Source: Vicugna vicugna (taxonomy: Eukaryota). Taken from it: a stretch of DNA of 64,000 bases. The stretch lies in contig MU058669.1 in assembly GCA_013265495.1 (NCBI GenBank), positions 1,100,234 to 1,164,233 of the forward strand, given 5' to 3'. Numbering within the stretch: position 1 is the stretch's first letter; each line of letters opens with the position of its first letter. Of this stretch, positions 1-9,985 are shown in pieces. The notes under the pieces are model-generated. The model was not told the DNA's origin, ran no database searches, and was given only the letters and a program-made list of their open reading frames with translations. Both the position numbers and the translations under genes were made by a program.

Positions 1-315
1 AAGATGTGTTTCCTAACCCCTGTTAAGAAGAAGTTGTAATTAGTGAGAGCCAGCATGGTTTTACTCAGAATTGTTGATTTACCCTTAAAACACAAATGGA
101 AAGCCATAAATTTTTGTGGATGTTCCTTTGGATACATTGCTGAATAACTCAAGTTTCTGCTTTCATAGTGCCTGCGTCTAATGGGGTGAGATACAAAAAT
201 AAATAGACATAATATACTTTCTGTTAATGGTAGCTATTGCAAGGAAAATGTATTAAGCTTAGGACAGAGTAATATAAATTAGCCCTACTGATTGATTGAC
301 ATTATTAGTCTAGAG

Positions 316-551
316 CAAGTGGTTCTCAGTTGGAGACAGTTGTACATGCCCTTCCCTCTCATGGGGCATTTGGCAATGTCTGGAGATATTTTTGGTTGCC
401 AGAGGTGTGTAGAGTAGCTACTTACATCTCGTGATTGGAAGCAGGGATGCTGCTAAACATCCTATAAAACACAGGTCAGCCTCCCACAACAAGAATTATT
501 TTGGGCCATTTGGCCCAAAATATCAATTAGTCCTGAGATGGAAAAACTCTG
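316..551 (+). mobile_element. MER20 hAT-Charlie MITE
   Basis: Diagnostic 'catttggcaatgtctggagatatttttggttg...gggatgctgctaaacatcct'; 8-bp TSD gtctagag/gtctagat. Confidence 0.9.
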
Positions 552-559
552 GTCTAGAT

Positions 560-789
560 CCTACATTCTCAACAGGGATAATATTGCTTTCAGGGGACAT
601 AAGATTGGTTTTTAGGAAATGAAAAAACCTTACTATTTTTATGTATAAGGCATAGATACACATACAATTCATGAACAGATAAACATTGTATCTGTGGTAT
701 TAACATTTCATGGGGCTGAGTGATTAGGGGGAAAGTCTCAAAAGGCTCCCTGGGGAAATGATAATAGAAAAAAAGGTTTGGAAACACTG
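560..789 (-). mobile_element. MER112-like hAT-Charlie MITE
   Basis: Reverse strand starts cagtgtttccaaacctttttt and contains 'aataccacagatacaatgtttatctgttc'; bounded by NTCTAGAN-like 8-mers. Confidence 0.7.
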
Positions 790-797
790 GTTTGGAG

Positions 798-1306
798 CAG
801 GAATCAGCACACTTCTGCGTAGGGGTAGTTAGTGTATATCTTTGCATTTGTGGCCGTACAGCTTTTGTGGCAACTACTCCTCTGCCATTGCAGCACAAAA
901 ACAGCCTTAGACATAAACAAGCAGCCTCTGTTTAGAGGGGGATGACTATGTCCTAATAAAACTTTATTTAAAAAAACACAAGAGATGGGGGAAAAAAAAG
1001 AGCGAACGCTGGTGAAACCAGCAGAGGACTGATGGTCAGAAGATAATTCCAGTCCAGCTCTCCGTAGCTGTCTTTGTGACTCTGAGCCAGCCTTTATTTC
1101 CTCATCTCTCTCAGACTCTCAGAAATATTCATAACTCAGCTGCGACTTCCTATATTGCATTTGTGTCATGAAGATATGATTAAATAAGCTAGTTTTCCCT
1201 TTGAAAATTTAAAACTATGCTATCAGTAAATGATAACGAAAGAAAGAAAACACAAAAAAGAGATGGGTCAAGTTTGGCCGATGGGGTATAGTTTGCTGAA
1301 ACCAGG
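798..1306 (+). mobile_element. MER58A hAT-Charlie MITE, interrupted by an insert at 990-1246
   Basis: 'caactactcctctgccattgcagcacaaaa...aataaaactttattt' resumes after the insert as 'tttggccgatggggtatagtttgctga'; TSD gtttggag/gtttagag. Confidence 0.85.
990..1246 (+). mobile_element. Near full-length diverged MIR-like SINE copy with A-rich tail and ~17-bp TSD
   Basis: Head 'gtgaaaccagcagaggactgatggtcagaaga', core 'ttccagtccagctct...tgtgactctgagccag...tttcctcatct', tail 'ctttgaaaatttaaaactatgctat'; flanked by aaaacacaa(aaaa)gagatggg. Confidence 0.6.
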
Positions 1307-1924
1307 GTTTAGAGTATCAGTAAAAAAAACAATAGAAATACAAGATACATGCCATATTAATATGCAGATACATTAATGGTAATCTCAATGTGTGTATGTG
1401 TAAACATTCAAGAAGACTCTGTTATATGAATGAGCAATTAAGGGGTTTTCCCTTGAGATACAATTAAATAATTATCTTCCTAAATGTTATAAATGGATGG
1501 ATATCAAATTTGAAGGAAATCCCTGATGATATGCTACAAGATCTAGCTGGCGTTTCCATTAAAAACAGTTAAAAACTTAAAATAAATTCATGAGGCTCAC
1601 TTAGCACGTAGCAAAAGACTGGATGTGAACAGGGCGGGAAACTGCATTAAATGGAAGATTAGGGACCACAGTGGAAAGGAGTGGGCGACTGGTTTAGAGA
1701 AATAGGATGTTTCGGTATCAAACGTGCAGTCTCAAAGAACACTTGGCGTTCCTTCTGAGGTATCACATGGTATAAGAGCCTTCAGCTTTAGCTTCTCGTA
1801 TTTACATCTTCTCCATCTACTCCCTAAATGCTGAATCATTGTCATTTATTCTATAGTATGTTTTACCTACTGGAATTTACCTCTGGTACCAGGATGTAGG
1901 GAACTGGCACTATTAGGAGACAGT

Positions 1925-2512
1925 AAATCTAGGTGCATGTAATAGTGTCCCCTCAACATGGCTTAAACAAGGTGGTAGTGTATTTCTCTGTCATGTGATG
2001 TTCTAAAGGTGGTCAGTCAAGGGCATGGCAGTCCACCTTGGCTCTTTAAGATCATCCAGGGACCCCAGTTTCTTATCCATGAGCCTTACTTCACCTTATT
2101 CATAAATGTTAATAACATGTTTATTATATATATACACACACATATAGAATATGATATATAATATTCTTTTAAATTTTTTATTTTTAAATTTTTATTTATT
2201 TAGTTAGTTAGTTAGTACATATTCTTAATTTATTGTCCTGCCATCCCTAAGATGTGGCCCCTCTTCTGTGCAATTCAGGATGGCTTGTCACCAGGCAGTA
2301 GGTTGTGAAAAGGGAAGAAAAGAGCTCCCTTTAAGATAATGACTCAGAAGTGATACACATCCCTTTCATTCTTAGTCCACTGACCCCAGACTGCACACTC
2401 ATGTCTGATACACAGGAGGCTGGGAACTGTAGTCTTTAGCTGGGAGTCATTGACTCACATTATATCAGAAATGAGATGTGGACACTGAGGATCAACCAGA
2501 AGTCATTGCCAC
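1925..2512 (-). mobile_element. MLT1-family (MaLR) LTR with an internal AT-rich insert (~2080-2225)
   Basis: 'atggcttaaacaag...tatttctctgtcatg...gggaccccag...ctgccatccc...aggaggctgggaactgtagtcttt' typical of reverse-strand MLT1J/K/L. Confidence 0.6.
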
Positions 2513-3889
2513 AGAATTGAAACAAAAACAAGCAAGTTTTTGGACACGTCAAGGAGGAAGATCAGTGTGCTATAGGGACTTGAAGTCATGTCACAGAAGG
2601 AAGAAAAGGATATTTGTCTTACAAAATAAAAGAGGGGAATCACGAAACCAGCTTTCAAGTGCTTGGGAAAGAGATGGAATCTTTTCTTTATATAACTGTG
2701 AGGTCAATCCTAGAATCCATAGCTAGAAGTTACAAGGAGAAATTTAATAACACGAAGAGAGACGTTATCTTTATGAGTTCTAAAAAGTAGAACTACCTGT
2801 TTCTAAAAGAGAGCCTACTTCTCATCATTAAGTTTTCAGACATTATTCTGAAAATTAAAAAAAATTACAGAGTGCTTAACTTGATACAAGACACTATTTT
2901 TTTGTGTGCGTGCTAAAGATACAAAGATGAATAAAACAGTTAAGACCTGTGCCCTACTGGATAATAATAAGCAGTGAGTAAAGGTGTGTGTGTGTATGTG
3001 TAGGATGGGATAAAGGATTGTATAGCAAACTGTTAGAAATATTTGGGGATTTAGAGACAGTCTGGGAATTTTTCTGTACTCTTGAGATGTCTTTATATTT
3101 CAAAGAGGTATGATTAAAAGTTTTTCTTTCTCAAGTCTTACAAGTTGTCTAAGGATCAAAAGCAAGAAACAGTTTAAAAGATGGTAGACTTAAAGAAATC
3201 AGATATTTAAAGTACAACAATCCTTGTTTGTTTTAAGGACTGTAAATTAAATATAGTGTCGAGGGAACCTAATTGGTGGTTGCATTTATTCGCAAGTCTT
3301 GCCCCTTTTCATCCCTGCAGAAAACTATAATCCTCATGCTGGAGCACTCTGCAGTCTGTCACTTGGGCTTCTGATGCCCGGTGGGGAGCAATTTAGATGC
3401 TCAGGTGCCCTGATAGGAGAATCCCATGCCCCAAGCACTTCTCAGAGTCTCTGTAGGAATAAATATTTTCAGCTTATGAGGAAATCAGAACTCATTTACA
3501 GAAATAAAAGCAAGAGGTGTTTTTCAGGAAGTAGGAGGAAATACATTCAGGGTAGTAGAATGAGACGTGGCCAAGGATAAAATGGGGCCTGGATTCCATA
3601 CCAAACGTCACCACCAAGAAACAATACAACTCTGGCAGGTCCCTCTGCTTCTCTGGGATTCAGTTATCTCACCAATAAACAGGGAGTTCATAATCCCAAT
3701 CCATTCTGCCAATGTCAGATATTTAGCTTACACTTATTTCTCTGAAAATTGGCTGGAGAAACTTGTAGACAGGATGTGACCTGTGGAGTAGTCCACAGTC
3801 CCCACCACTCCCTAATGCCGCACCCAGGCCTACTTTACTACTGCCCATTCTCTTCTCGTTTTGCTAGGCACAGGAGTTTGAAACTGAAA

Positions 3890-4110
3890 TTCACAGTGGT
3901 TGAGCACTTCTATGTGCCAGGCATTTGTATACATGATCTCACTTAATTTTCACAGCAATCCCCTGAGAGGGGTCCATTTTACAGATTAAAAAACTGAGCT
4001 CAGAGAGTTTCAGTAACTTGCAGTATGCAGCTAGTTGAGACAAGGTTCAAATCTAGGCAGTTTGTTCCCAGAACCTTTTCTCTCAACCAACGTATCCTAT
4101 TGTCCAAAAA
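3890..4110 (-). mobile_element. MIR SINE
   Basis: 'gagcacttctatgtgccagg...ccattttacagattaaaaaactgagctcagagag...ttcaaatctaggcag'. Confidence 0.8.
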
Positions 4111-4487
4111 ATTTCTAAAGTTGTGTGATCTGCCAGCAGTGAGTGAGGGATTAAACAGCTTGGAGAATTAAAAAAAAAAAATCTGAATCCAAATCCAGAC
4201 TCCACCCCTGCTTACCTGCGTATTTGTAGGATTCTCATGAATTTTAAATGAGCCAGAGTACGTAAACCACTCAACACAGAGAACTTGCTCCAAAAGTAGC
4301 CATTATTATGCTAGAAATGTTCCTGTAATGGAGACATAAGAATGTTTGTTGAGTGGATACAGTATCATAGTATTGGTCCAAAAAGAGTGGTCCAAGATTC
4401 GTGTTTCTTTTATAAGCTGGTTATTGGCATATTCTGTCATGCTATTTTGTTCACTTTTCCTCATATTAGAGGAATGTACTCCTAGAC

Positions 4488-4705
4488 CAGTAGTTCTTAA
4501 CCAGAAATGATTTTGCTCCCCACAAGACATTTGGCAATATTCGGAGACATTTTTGGTTGTCAAAACTTCTGTGTGTGGGACTTGCTATTGGAAACTAGCA
4601 GACAGAGACAAGGGAAGCTGCTAAACATCCTTTAATGCATAAGACATCCCCCCAAAACAATTATCTGGTTCCAAGTGTCAGTAGCACCAAGGTTGAGAAA
4701 CCTTG
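4488..4705 (+). mobile_element. MER20 hAT-Charlie MITE
   Basis: cagtagttcttaac...gacatttggcaat...ggttgagaaaccttg termini. Confidence 0.9.
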
Positions 4706-6392
4706 ATCTGGATTAGAGAAAAACCCTCTAAAAAGTCTTTATTCCAGTTGCATACATGGGATAGTACAAAAAAACCAAAAAACAAAGGAACAAACAAAAC
4801 CCCCCAAAAACAACAATAAGAAAAGCCATTCTAAGCACAATGTTGCTATGTTCTCTTTGCCTCCCTCAACCTGAACCTGGCTGGGGCTCAGAGTTCCCAA
4901 AGTGTACCAACCATATGGTACCTTCTAAGTGTTCTAGAAGGAAGGGAGTAACCTTGGGTGGGGCAGTGTTCTCAGCTCCCAGCCAGAAATCCAAAGGAGG
5001 AGGGCAAGATAATGACCACATCTCCATTTAACTTGAATCCATGTTGCCTATTTTATAAAAAGCACTGTGCTGTGCACACAGGGAGATTTCAATCCATGAG
5101 ACAGATGACTGAGAAATGATAACTTCCAAAAATATGCATACATTATTTGCTTGGTCTGCCCATCTGGCCTCTGTCTTAAATACCAAAATTTCATATCCTG
5201 ATCTAGTAAAAAACCAGCATCTTGTAAGGCCTCTTTCTTCCATTTCAGAGATGGAAATTTCCTTGTTCTTTGTTGATTTCCCCCTTTACTGTGTATTTCT
5301 GACTTAAGAGCCCTAGGAAGGTCATAACTCCAAAGTCATCTTTTGAGATAAGAGCCAAAGCTGCTGAGAGCCAGAGAAATACTCTGATTTACTGGGCAAC
5401 CCATATGAAGACCAACTTCAGATCTCTTTTATCTTTTGGTGGATTCAATTCACAACTTATTTCATTTAGAATAGAAAAACCCAAAAAAACTGTCGGCAAA
5501 TTTAATCTTGCTGGCATCTTAGAATACTTTAGACTATAATAGTCATAAGTTAGTTAACCAGATGAGATATGTTTTACCCTAGTACTATAAACCTCAAAAG
5601 TCCCAAGAAAAAACATTAAAGTATCATTATGGACATAAAATGATTCTGTTAAAGTGGTACCCTGGTGTTTCATATTTATTCTTTCATTGTGGAGCATTTG
5701 AAATCAGTTTTACTTTGTGAGGCTTAAGCAGTTTTCTCTCTAACTGGTAATAGGGTACATTGTGAGACTCCAAGAGCAGCGGGGTGGAGGTTGGGAGACA
5801 CTTGAAATCACCTAATTCAACCATACGGTTTTACACATGAAGACGATGGAGACTGAGATAAAAAAGGAGCTTTCTCATAGGCCACAGCAAAGATAAGGAC
5901 TGTATCCTAGTCCTTAGGCAAGAACGCTTTCTTCCCTATCAAGCATTCTCCAGTAGGAGAGATTCAAGGTGCTTCCGGTCACCTTAGTTCAATTGATTCC
6001 TCATCCCATTTTGGTTGGTTTGTCCTTGGAATGTAAATGAAAGTTGGAATATACTCATAGACTCTTAAGCCCAGGGATGTTATTGATGATAAGTAGAATT
6101 CTGAGTCGCTCATTATTTAACTATCTATTATTTATTCAGCTGTCTACCACTATATGCTAGTCACTGTGCAGGCCAAAGGGTTATATGAATGCATAGAACC
6201 AACAAGTCCCTTTCCTCATGAAGCTTACATTATATTTGAAGAGACAAATAAAATAAGTAAAATAACCATAATACTTGTGAAGCTTAATAAAGGCTGTGAA
6301 ATAAATACAGTGTGATAAGGTAGAGCTTTTCTGGAGAGATGAGAGTGCTGCAGGGACAAGGAGGGGCAGAGCTTTTTCAGACAAGATGGTCT

Positions 6393-7565
6393 ATATTGAG
6401 CATTTCTTCATGTGGCTTTTAGCCATATGTGTGTCTTCATTGGAGAATTGCTTGTTTAGGTCTTCAGCCCATTTTTGGATTGTTTGGTTTTTTTGTTACT
6501 GAGTTGTATGAGCTGTTTGTATGTTCTGGAAATTAAACTCTTGTCAGTTGCATCTTTGGAAACATTTTCTCCCAGTATTAGGTTGTCTTCATTTTATTTA
6601 TAGTTTCCCTTGCTGTGCAAAAGTTTATAAGTTTAATTAGATCCCATTTGTTTATTTTTACTTTTATTTCTTTTGCCTAGGTAGACTGCACCAGGAGAAC
6701 ATTGCTAAGGTTTATGTTGGAGAATGTTTTGCCTGTGTTTTCTTCTGGGAGATTTATAGGGTCTTGTCTTATTTTTTAACTCTTTAAGCCATTTAGTTTA
6801 TTTTTGTGTATGGTATGAGGGAGTATTCTCACTTTATTGTTTTATATGAGCCTTCCAGCTTTCCAGCAATACTTACTAATGAGGCTGTCTTTTCTTCATT
6901 GTATATTCTTGCCTCCTTTGTCAAAGATTAGTTGACCATAGGTGTGTGGGTTTATTTCTGGGCTCTTTATTCTGTTCCATCAATCTGTATGTCTGTTTTT
7001 ATGCCAGTAACATGCTGTTTTGATTACTGAAGCTCTGTAGTATTGTCTGAAGTCTTGGAGAATTATTCCTCCAGCTTCATTCTTTTTGTTCAGTTTTGCT
7101 TTGGCAATTCTGGGTCTTTTGTGATTGCTTATAAGCTTTAGAATTATTTGTTCTAGTTCTTTGAAAAATGTCCTGAGTAATTTGATAGGGATCACATTAA
7201 ATCTGTGGATTATTTTAGTAGTATAGCCATTTTAACAATATTAGTTCTTCTAATCCAAGAACATGGGATTTCCATTTCTTTATATCATCTTTAATTTCCT
7301 TAATCGATGTTTTGTAGTTCTTAGTGTATAAGTCTTCCACCTCCTTGGTCAGGTTTATTCCTAAGTATTTTATTTTTTTGATGCAATTTTAAAAGGGATT
7401 TTTTTTAACTTTCCTTTTCTGATATTTCATTGTCAGTGTAAAGAAATGCAACAGATTTCTGTATGTTACTCTTGTATTCTGCTACATTGCTGAATTTGTT
7501 TATCAGCTCTAGTAGTTTTTGTGTGGAGCCTTTAGGATTTTCTATATATAGTATCTTGTTATCTG
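6393..7565 (-). mobile_element. L1 ORF2 fragment (inverted 5' part of a twin-primed insertion); degenerate RT/C-terminal coding sequence
   Basis: ORF 6980-7195 ([29 protein letters not shown]) is L1 ORF2; the fragment begins at a degenerate '[12 protein letters not shown]' RT motif. Confidence 0.92.
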
Positions 7566-8352
7566 CTAATTATCAGAGAACTACAAATCAAAACTACAAT
7601 GAGGTATCACCTCACACCAGTCAGAATGGCCATCACTAAAAGGTCCACGAATGATAAATGCTGGAGACGGTGTGAAGAAAAGGGATCCCCCCTACACTGT
7701 TGATGGCAATGTAGTTTGGTGTAGCCATTATGGAAAACAATATGGAGATTCCTTAAAAAACTAAAAATAGACTTACCATATGATCCAGCAATCCCACTCT
7801 TGGGCATACATTTGAAGGAAACTCTAATTTAAAAAGATACATGCACCTCAGTGTTCATAGCAGTGCTATTTACAGTAGCCAAGACATGAAAGCAACCTAA
7901 TGTTCATAGAAAGTTGACTAAATAAAGAAGTTGTGGTATATATATACAATAGACTGTTACTAAGCTGTAAAAAAAAAGAGTAAAATATAAAATAATGCCA
8001 TTTGCAGCAATATGGATGGACCTGGAGATCATCATACTAAGTGAAGTAAGCCAGAAAAAGAAAGAAAAATACCATTTGATATCTCTTATAAGTGAAATCT
8101 AAAAATAAAAAACACAAACTTATTTACAAAACAGACTCACAGATTGAAAACAATTTTATGGTTATGGGGGTGGATGGGGGTAGAGGGATAAATTGGGAGT
8201 TTGGGATTTGTGCAAACTACTGTATATAAAATAGATAAACAACAAGGTCCTACTATATAGCACAGGGAACTATATTCAGTACCTTGTACAACTGAATCAG
8301 TATGCTGTACACTGGAAATTAACACAACATTGTAAACCAACTATACTTCAAT
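7566..8352 (+). mobile_element. L1 ORF2 end and 3' UTR (non-inverted part of the same insertion), cetartiodactyl-type
   Basis: 'caaatcaaaactacaatgaggtatcacctcacaccagtcagaatggcc...gatccagcaatcccactc...aactatacttcaat'. Confidence 0.92.
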
Positions 8353-8855
8353 CTAAGAAAAATGGAAATGATCCAATCTATCTTGCAGGGTTTTTAAAAG
8401 ATTACAATCAAATAAGGTGGTCAAAAAAAAAATAGTGGTACAGAGTGTCTTTCTTGAGAGGTGATATCTGAGGTGAGACTAGAAGAATGAGAATTTTCTT
8501 CCAAGGGAAGAAAATGTCAGGCAGAGAGAATACCAAATGCAAAGGCAATAATGAGGTAATGGTTTAATGTGTTTGGAAACAGAAAGAGAGCCATATAAAC
8601 ATTCAGTTCATAGCAAGGGAGGGAAAGCTGGATAGAGATAACTTTAACTTTAAGAGATAATCAGGGGATCAGATCATGTAAGGCCTCATAAGCTATGATT
8701 AGTACTTCTCATCTTATAAATCTGAATAATCCATACAAATTATAATGTGTGTAGAACAAACATAAAAGTGACTTGTGACATCAGAGAAAATAGTGGAGGA
8801 AAGGCTTCTAAAAATCCTCTTGTGCATAAAAGCAACAAGGATATGGAAAATGTTA

Positions 8856-9030
8856 TTACACTGTATAGCACAGGGAAATATACACAAAATGTTATGATAA
8901 CTCACAGAGGAAAAAATGTGACAATGAGTGTGTATATGTCCATGAATGACTGAAAAATTCTGCTGAACACTGGAATTTGATACAACATTGTAAAATGGTT
9001 ATAAATCAATAAAAAATGTTAAAAAAATAA
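8856..9030 (+). mobile_element. Short 5'-truncated lineage-specific L1 3' end nested in the old L1M
   Basis: 'ctgtatagcacagggaaatatacacaa...acaacattgtaaaat...aataaaaaa'; homologous to 54367-54647. Confidence 0.8.
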
Positions 9031-9782
9031 AATTCTTGGTTTTCAAAAGGAACTTTCAAGATATTCCTAGAAACAAGAAAGTATGGCACACCCATAGGGA
9101 AAACACGAAACAAAACAACTGTCTGTGAAGGAGCCTAGGCATTGGACTTGTTAGACAGGACTAATGTCAGCTATCTTAATTTACATTCAAATAGCTAAGG
9201 GAGACTATGTCTAAATAATTAAAATATGAGAGCAGTGTTTTATGAATTGGGAAATACCAATAAAGTGATAATTATAAAAAAAGAACCAAGTAGAAATTCT
9301 GGAAAGTGCGATGGCCAAAAATGTACCCAGAAGGGCTCAACAGGAGATTTGAACAAGCAGAAGAAAGTCAGAAAACTTGAAGATGGGCCAATTGAGGTTA
9401 TCCAATCTTCAGAGTAAAAAGAAAAAAAGAATTAAGAAAAAGAAACAAAACTCAGAGACCTGTGAGAAATCATCACATATACCAGCATAATTGGAGTCTA
9501 ATAAGGAGAGAAGAGTGAAAGAGATCAGAAAGGATATTTGAAGAATAATGGCACAAATTCCCAAAATTTGATGAAAAGTGCTACTCTATACATCCACAAG
9601 ATTCAACAAATTCCACATAGGATAAAATATAAGATATCTTCACCTAGACACACAAGCAAACTCAAAAGACAGAGAGTCTTGAAAGCAGCAGGAGAGAAGT
9701 GACTCATCATATACAAGGGTTTCTCAGTAAAACTGATATTTTTCATGAGATTTCTTATGAGATTTCCTTTAAAAACTTAAAA

Positions 9783-9985
9783 TTTTTTTATTTTTTAATT
9801 GAAGTATAGTCAGTACAATGTGTCAGTTTCTAGTGTACTACACAGTATTCCAGTCATGCATATACATACATACATTTGTTTTCATATTCTTTTTCATTAT
9901 AGGTTACTACAAGATATTGAACATAGTTCCCTGTGCTATACAGAAGAAATTTTTTAAAATCCATTTTTACATATAGTGGCTAACA
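9783..9985 (-). mobile_element. Short lineage-specific L1 3' end nested in the old L1M ORF1
   Basis: T-rich tail, then 'ttgaagtatagt...tagttccctgtgctatacag'. Confidence 0.8.

Larger units (their letters stand above)
20..3150 (+). mobile_element. L3/CR1 LINE fossil, fragmented by many later insertions (pieces ~20-130, ~1490-1760, ~2520-2850, ~3060-3150)
   Basis: CR1-like motifs 'agccagcatggttttactcagaa' (49-70) and a 3'-end-like 'gtcatgtcacagaaggaag...ctttcaagtgcttgg...agaagttacaaggag' stretch; recalled consensus. Confidence 0.5.
6125..8720 (-). mobile_element. L2 LINE 3' region split by a younger L1 (pieces 6125-6391 and ~8440-8720)
   Basis: 'ctatatgctagtcactgtgc...gtccctttcctcatgaagcttacatt' and 'gaggtgatatctgaggtgagactagaagaatgag...aatgcaaaggc'. 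Confidence 0.7.

Noticed and set aside
6980..7807. ORFs at 6980-7195 and 7607-7807
   Set aside because: Fragments (sense or antisense) of a frameshifted L1 ORF2; not host genes.
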